From assembly GCA_001783805.1 (NCBI GenBank), contig MFNS01000001.1, positions 257,074 to 321,073 on the forward strand: a stretch of DNA of 64,000 nucleotides. Direction: 5' to 3'. Origin of the DNA: Candidatus Levybacteria bacterium RIFCSPHIGHO2_01_FULL_40_16 (lineage in GTDB: Bacteria > Patescibacteriota > Microgenomatia > Levybacterales > UBA12049). Of the stretch, positions 61,283 to 64,000 are shown piece after piece. Made by a program: the position numbers and the translations under genes. Numbering within the stretch: the first letter of the stretch is position 1; the number at the start of each line of letters is the position of its first letter. Below the pieces are notes generated by a model. That model saw only the letters and a list, made by a program, of their open reading frames with translations, did no database searches and had not been told where the DNA came from.

Positions 61283-62587
61283 CTAAAACTTAATTAAAAA
61301 TAGATAACGAACACTAATCACCATCATTAGGACTCCAACACCTGTAATAACTGCTCCGACTCCAAACAAGTCCGCCAGTCCTCCTGCAAGAATTACCGGA
61401 AGAAAAGAAACTGCACCAACCAGAGAGCTTAAAAGCCCATACATTCTCCCTCTCATTTCTTCATTAGTCTCAATCTGAATGGTTGAATTGGACGGAATAA
61501 ACACCAGGGAGATGCCAAAGCCGAGAATAAAGGCCATAAGTACAATCAGGTGTAAAATATTTATGTGTATTATTTTCGGCAGAATGGAATTCAGAGTTTG
61601 TACGAACCCATATGAGGTTACGCGGCTTGCTAGGGGCATCAGGATCAAAACGATTCCGGCAATCATAAATCCAATAGCGCTTACTAATTCATGCTTTATT
61701 TTTTTACCCCTGCTCCCCAGCATAAAAGATCCAACCCCTAACCCTACGCATGCGGGAGCAACCAGGATTAAAGAAAGACTTTCCAGAGGCGCTTCGAGTA
61801 TCGTAGCAACATATCCCGGAGCTAAGACCGCAAACATGAAAATTACAGCTTGTGCAATAGTAATCATATAAAGAGCGCGCATAACTTTATTGGCTTTTTT
61901 AATAAATACAAATATTTCTTTCGCCTCTTTGACAAATGAATAATTGGGCCGCGGCATAAATGTGTCTTCCGCAGGCCGTATTTTTTTTATATCGACTATC
62001 TTAATACCCGCGACAACTAAAGCGCTTGCCAAAAAAAAGGAAAGCAAAAGAATAATTGTATAAGTTTTCCCAAGTAAAAGAAGTGCCGGTCCGGAAAATA
62101 TATACGCCAAAAGCATAATTCCGAATATTCCGAATGAAAATACGGCATTTGCCGGAACGATCAGCTTTCTGGGAACCAATTGAGGAATAATCGAAGATTC
62201 TGCGGGTGTAAAAAATTGAGTTGCAACCGCAATTAAAAAAGTAAAGACATAGATTAATCCCAAATGAAGATTTGGAATTAAAAACGGCAAAAGTAGCACT
62301 CCTCTAATTAAATGTGTAAAAAGCAGTACTTTTTTCTTATTCCATCTGTCTACATATACGCCGGAAATAACGCTAAATAAAACTGCCGGAACCATAAAAG
62401 AAAGAATCAGACCCGAGACTGCCGTGTTTGAGCGGGTAATATTATAAATTATGAAAATCAGCACAAAATGCTGCATGTTGAAGGCAATCTGAGAAAAAAA
62501 TTCGGAAAGCATCATGAGGGCAAAAGGCTTCACGCGAAGAACCCGTAGAATATCGTTCTCCAAAACCCGCTTTTTAATTACTTCCAT
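61283..62587 (-). CDS. MFS transporter (DHA3/macrolide-efflux-like)
   Basis: GVYVDRWNKK, FFTPAESSIIP, MRGRMYG; about 12 TMs. Confidence 0.88.
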   Translation of the reverse strand: MEVIKKRVLENDILRVLRVKPFALMMLSEFFSQIAFNMQHFVLIFIIYNITRSNTAVSGLILSFMVPAVLFSVISGVYVDRWNKKKVLLFTHLIRGVLLLPFLIPNLHLGLIYVFTFLIAVATQFFTPAESSIIPQLVPRKLIVPANAVFSFGIFGIMLLAYIFSGPALLLLGKTYTIILLLSFFLASALVVAGIKIVDIKKIRPAEDTFMPRPNYSFVKEAKEIFVFIKKANKVMRALYMITIAQAVIFMFAVLAPGYVATILEAPLESLSLILVAPACVGLGVGSFMLGSRGKKIKHELVSAIGFMIAGIVLILMPLASRVTSYGFVQTLNSILPKIIHINILHLIVLMAFILGFGISLVFIPSNSTIQIETNEEMRGRMYGLLSSLVGAVSFLPVILAGGLADLFGVGAVITGVGVLMMVISVRYLFLIKF

Positions 62588-62638
62588 AATTTACAAACTA
62601 ATTATTCATTTTACCAATTATCCAGAACAATTTACAAC

Positions 62639-64000
62639 CTATTTTACCATTCGGAGGAAATTGGAGAGTTTGGATTTGTCGCGCTTCAGCCAAAGATCGT
62701 TTGCGCGGATTTGTTCCGTAACCTGCGCTATTGTCCGTTCAAGTCCAACTGACGGATTTTTTTTGAAGAACTTTTCAATTTCATCTGCTTTCTTATTGTC
62801 TGTAAAATAAGCCGCCGACTGGATAAACCGCGGATACAAGTGTCCACCGGCAAAGGTTTTGGTAATTGATTCCCAATTGCTTTGAACATATTCCCAGGCT
62901 AAATCTCTCCCAACAGGATTTGCCCAAATGAAACTTATTGCCTTGAATCTGTCTTGCGCCCTCATTTGATCGGAAAATGCCATATCCAATGATTTTTTGA
63001 GTAATTTTATGTTTTTAAAAAAACAAAGCGCTCTGAAAATTCGGTCTTTTTCCTCCTGAAACGGACTATTTGAATATAAATTTTTTAGTTTCAGATATTC
63101 TTTTTCTCCCCCATTTTCCGCTACCAGATTGTAAACAACTCCACGTAAATCCGGATCTATTTTGGATTTATTCAGAACAATTTCTGCAAAAATTTCTCCG
63201 GCTTTTTGAATAGTACCCTTATCCCCGTTTGATCCAAATGCAGATAACACAATGCTTCTTAATAATGTCCGCGAATGTGATTCTTGAGGCTCTTTGTTCC
63301 AGCCAATTTTTGTCGCAATCGATTTGAAAATGTTCCGGCAAAAAGTTTTATATTGATCACCGAATGGCTGGCCTACGATTAAATTGCTGATTGTTTTCAA
63401 ATCCGAGGCGATCTCTGCCCAGACAATAAAATTGTCCTCCTGAACATATGCTTGGGCTAATTTTAATGCATCAATGGTTGAGCTATGACCGGATTGCGAT
63501 AACATAAATGCGTCTCGAATTAATCCAAAACGGTCTTCCGGCATTAATCTTTTTCCTCTGATTGGTTCTTCCAGTAACTTCAAAAGAGATTGAGGATATT
63601 GAACGCGGACAAAACTGGTCTCTCCCCCATTCAATTTAATTAACCCTTTTGATTTGGGAATAAAAAGAGATTCTTTGGAAAACAAAAAAGAATCCAGGGG
63701 AATTGACCAAAGCGTTTTATCATTAAGCGCTGAAGCCGATAGTGGGCTTGAAAAAAATCTTGACTGCGTGAGTTTTAATTTCTTGTCCTGATCCGAAACG
63801 GTAACCAGCGGATATCCTGGTTTTCCTGTCCAATTTTCCATAATCTTTTTGACTTTTCTACCTGATACTTTTTCCAAAGCTGCCCACAAATCCAAAGTTG
63901 TCGCATTGGAATATTGGTGTTTTTTTAAATAGCTTTGCAAGCCTTTTTGAAAAACTTTCTCCCCCAAATAATTGGCTAACATCCGAATGATTGATGCTCC
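62639..64000 (-). CDS. M1-family aminopeptidase, C-terminal part (gene begins beyond the window)
   Basis: GASIIRML..FQKGL..YL..YSNA..DLW, WT..PGYP, ERAP1-like C-terminal domain. Confidence 0.88.
   Translation of the reverse strand, partial: GASIIRMLANYLGEKVFQKGLQSYLKKHQYSNATTLDLWAALEKVSGRKVKKIMENWTGKPGYPLVTVSDQDKKLKLTQSRFFSSPLSASALNDKTLWSIPLDSFLFSKESLFIPKSKGLIKLNGGETSFVRVQYPQSLLKLLEEPIRGKRLMPEDRFGLIRDAFMLSQSGHSSTIDALKLAQAYVQEDNFIVWAEIASDLKTISNLIVGQPFGDQYKTFCRNIFKSIATKIGWNKEPQESHSRTLLRSIVLSAFGSNGDKGTIQKAGEIFAEIVLNKSKIDPDLRGVVYNLVAENGGEKEYLKLKNLYSNSPFQEEKDRIFRALCFFKNIKLLKKSLDMAFSDQMRAQDRFKAISFIWANPVGRDLAWEYVQSNWESITKTFAGGHLYPRFIQSAAYFTDNKKADEIEKFFKKNPSVGLERTIAQVTEQIRANDLWLKRDKSKLSNFLRMVK

Overview
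A low-GC chromosomal segment that looks like a Patescibacteria/CPR (Microgenomates-like) genome. This is inferred from streamlined ThrRS/PheT/HolB, a pilQ-less type IV pilus locus, REP-like and heptamer repeats, and mostly leaderless genes. Contents in order: 3' part of a citramalate synthase-type gene, a Leu/Ile/Val-type attenuator, tRNA-Val, thrS-infC-rpmI-rplT-pheS-pheT, PBP1A, tyrS, recG, rpmF-nusB-rnc-rpsP-KH-trmD, a ~20-kb minus-strand type IV pilus locus (pilB-pilT-pilC, 13 pilin-like genes, pilD, a PMT-type glycosyltransferase, pilMNO), a holB/murF/DegT/FemAB cluster, gyrB-orphan-hppA-gyrA, folD, several orphans, a Xer recombinase beside a candidate dif site (probable terminus), yebC, a RluA-family synthase, an MFS transporter and part of an M1 aminopeptidase. 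Most notable: (i) four tandem pilin-LamG genes with conserved ends, variable cores and mosaic ancestry, one without a canonical start; (ii) a 72-nt palindromic mini-element inserted in frame at the prepilin cleavage motif of two pilins; (iii) a complete translational attenuator in front of an orphan ORF; (iv) a near-symmetric dif-like site with a matching half-site in the xer promoter; (v) a structured repeat family with nested insertions that supplies stop codons; (vi) orphan-gene insertions with visible scars. All calls come from reading motifs by eye; no searches were run.
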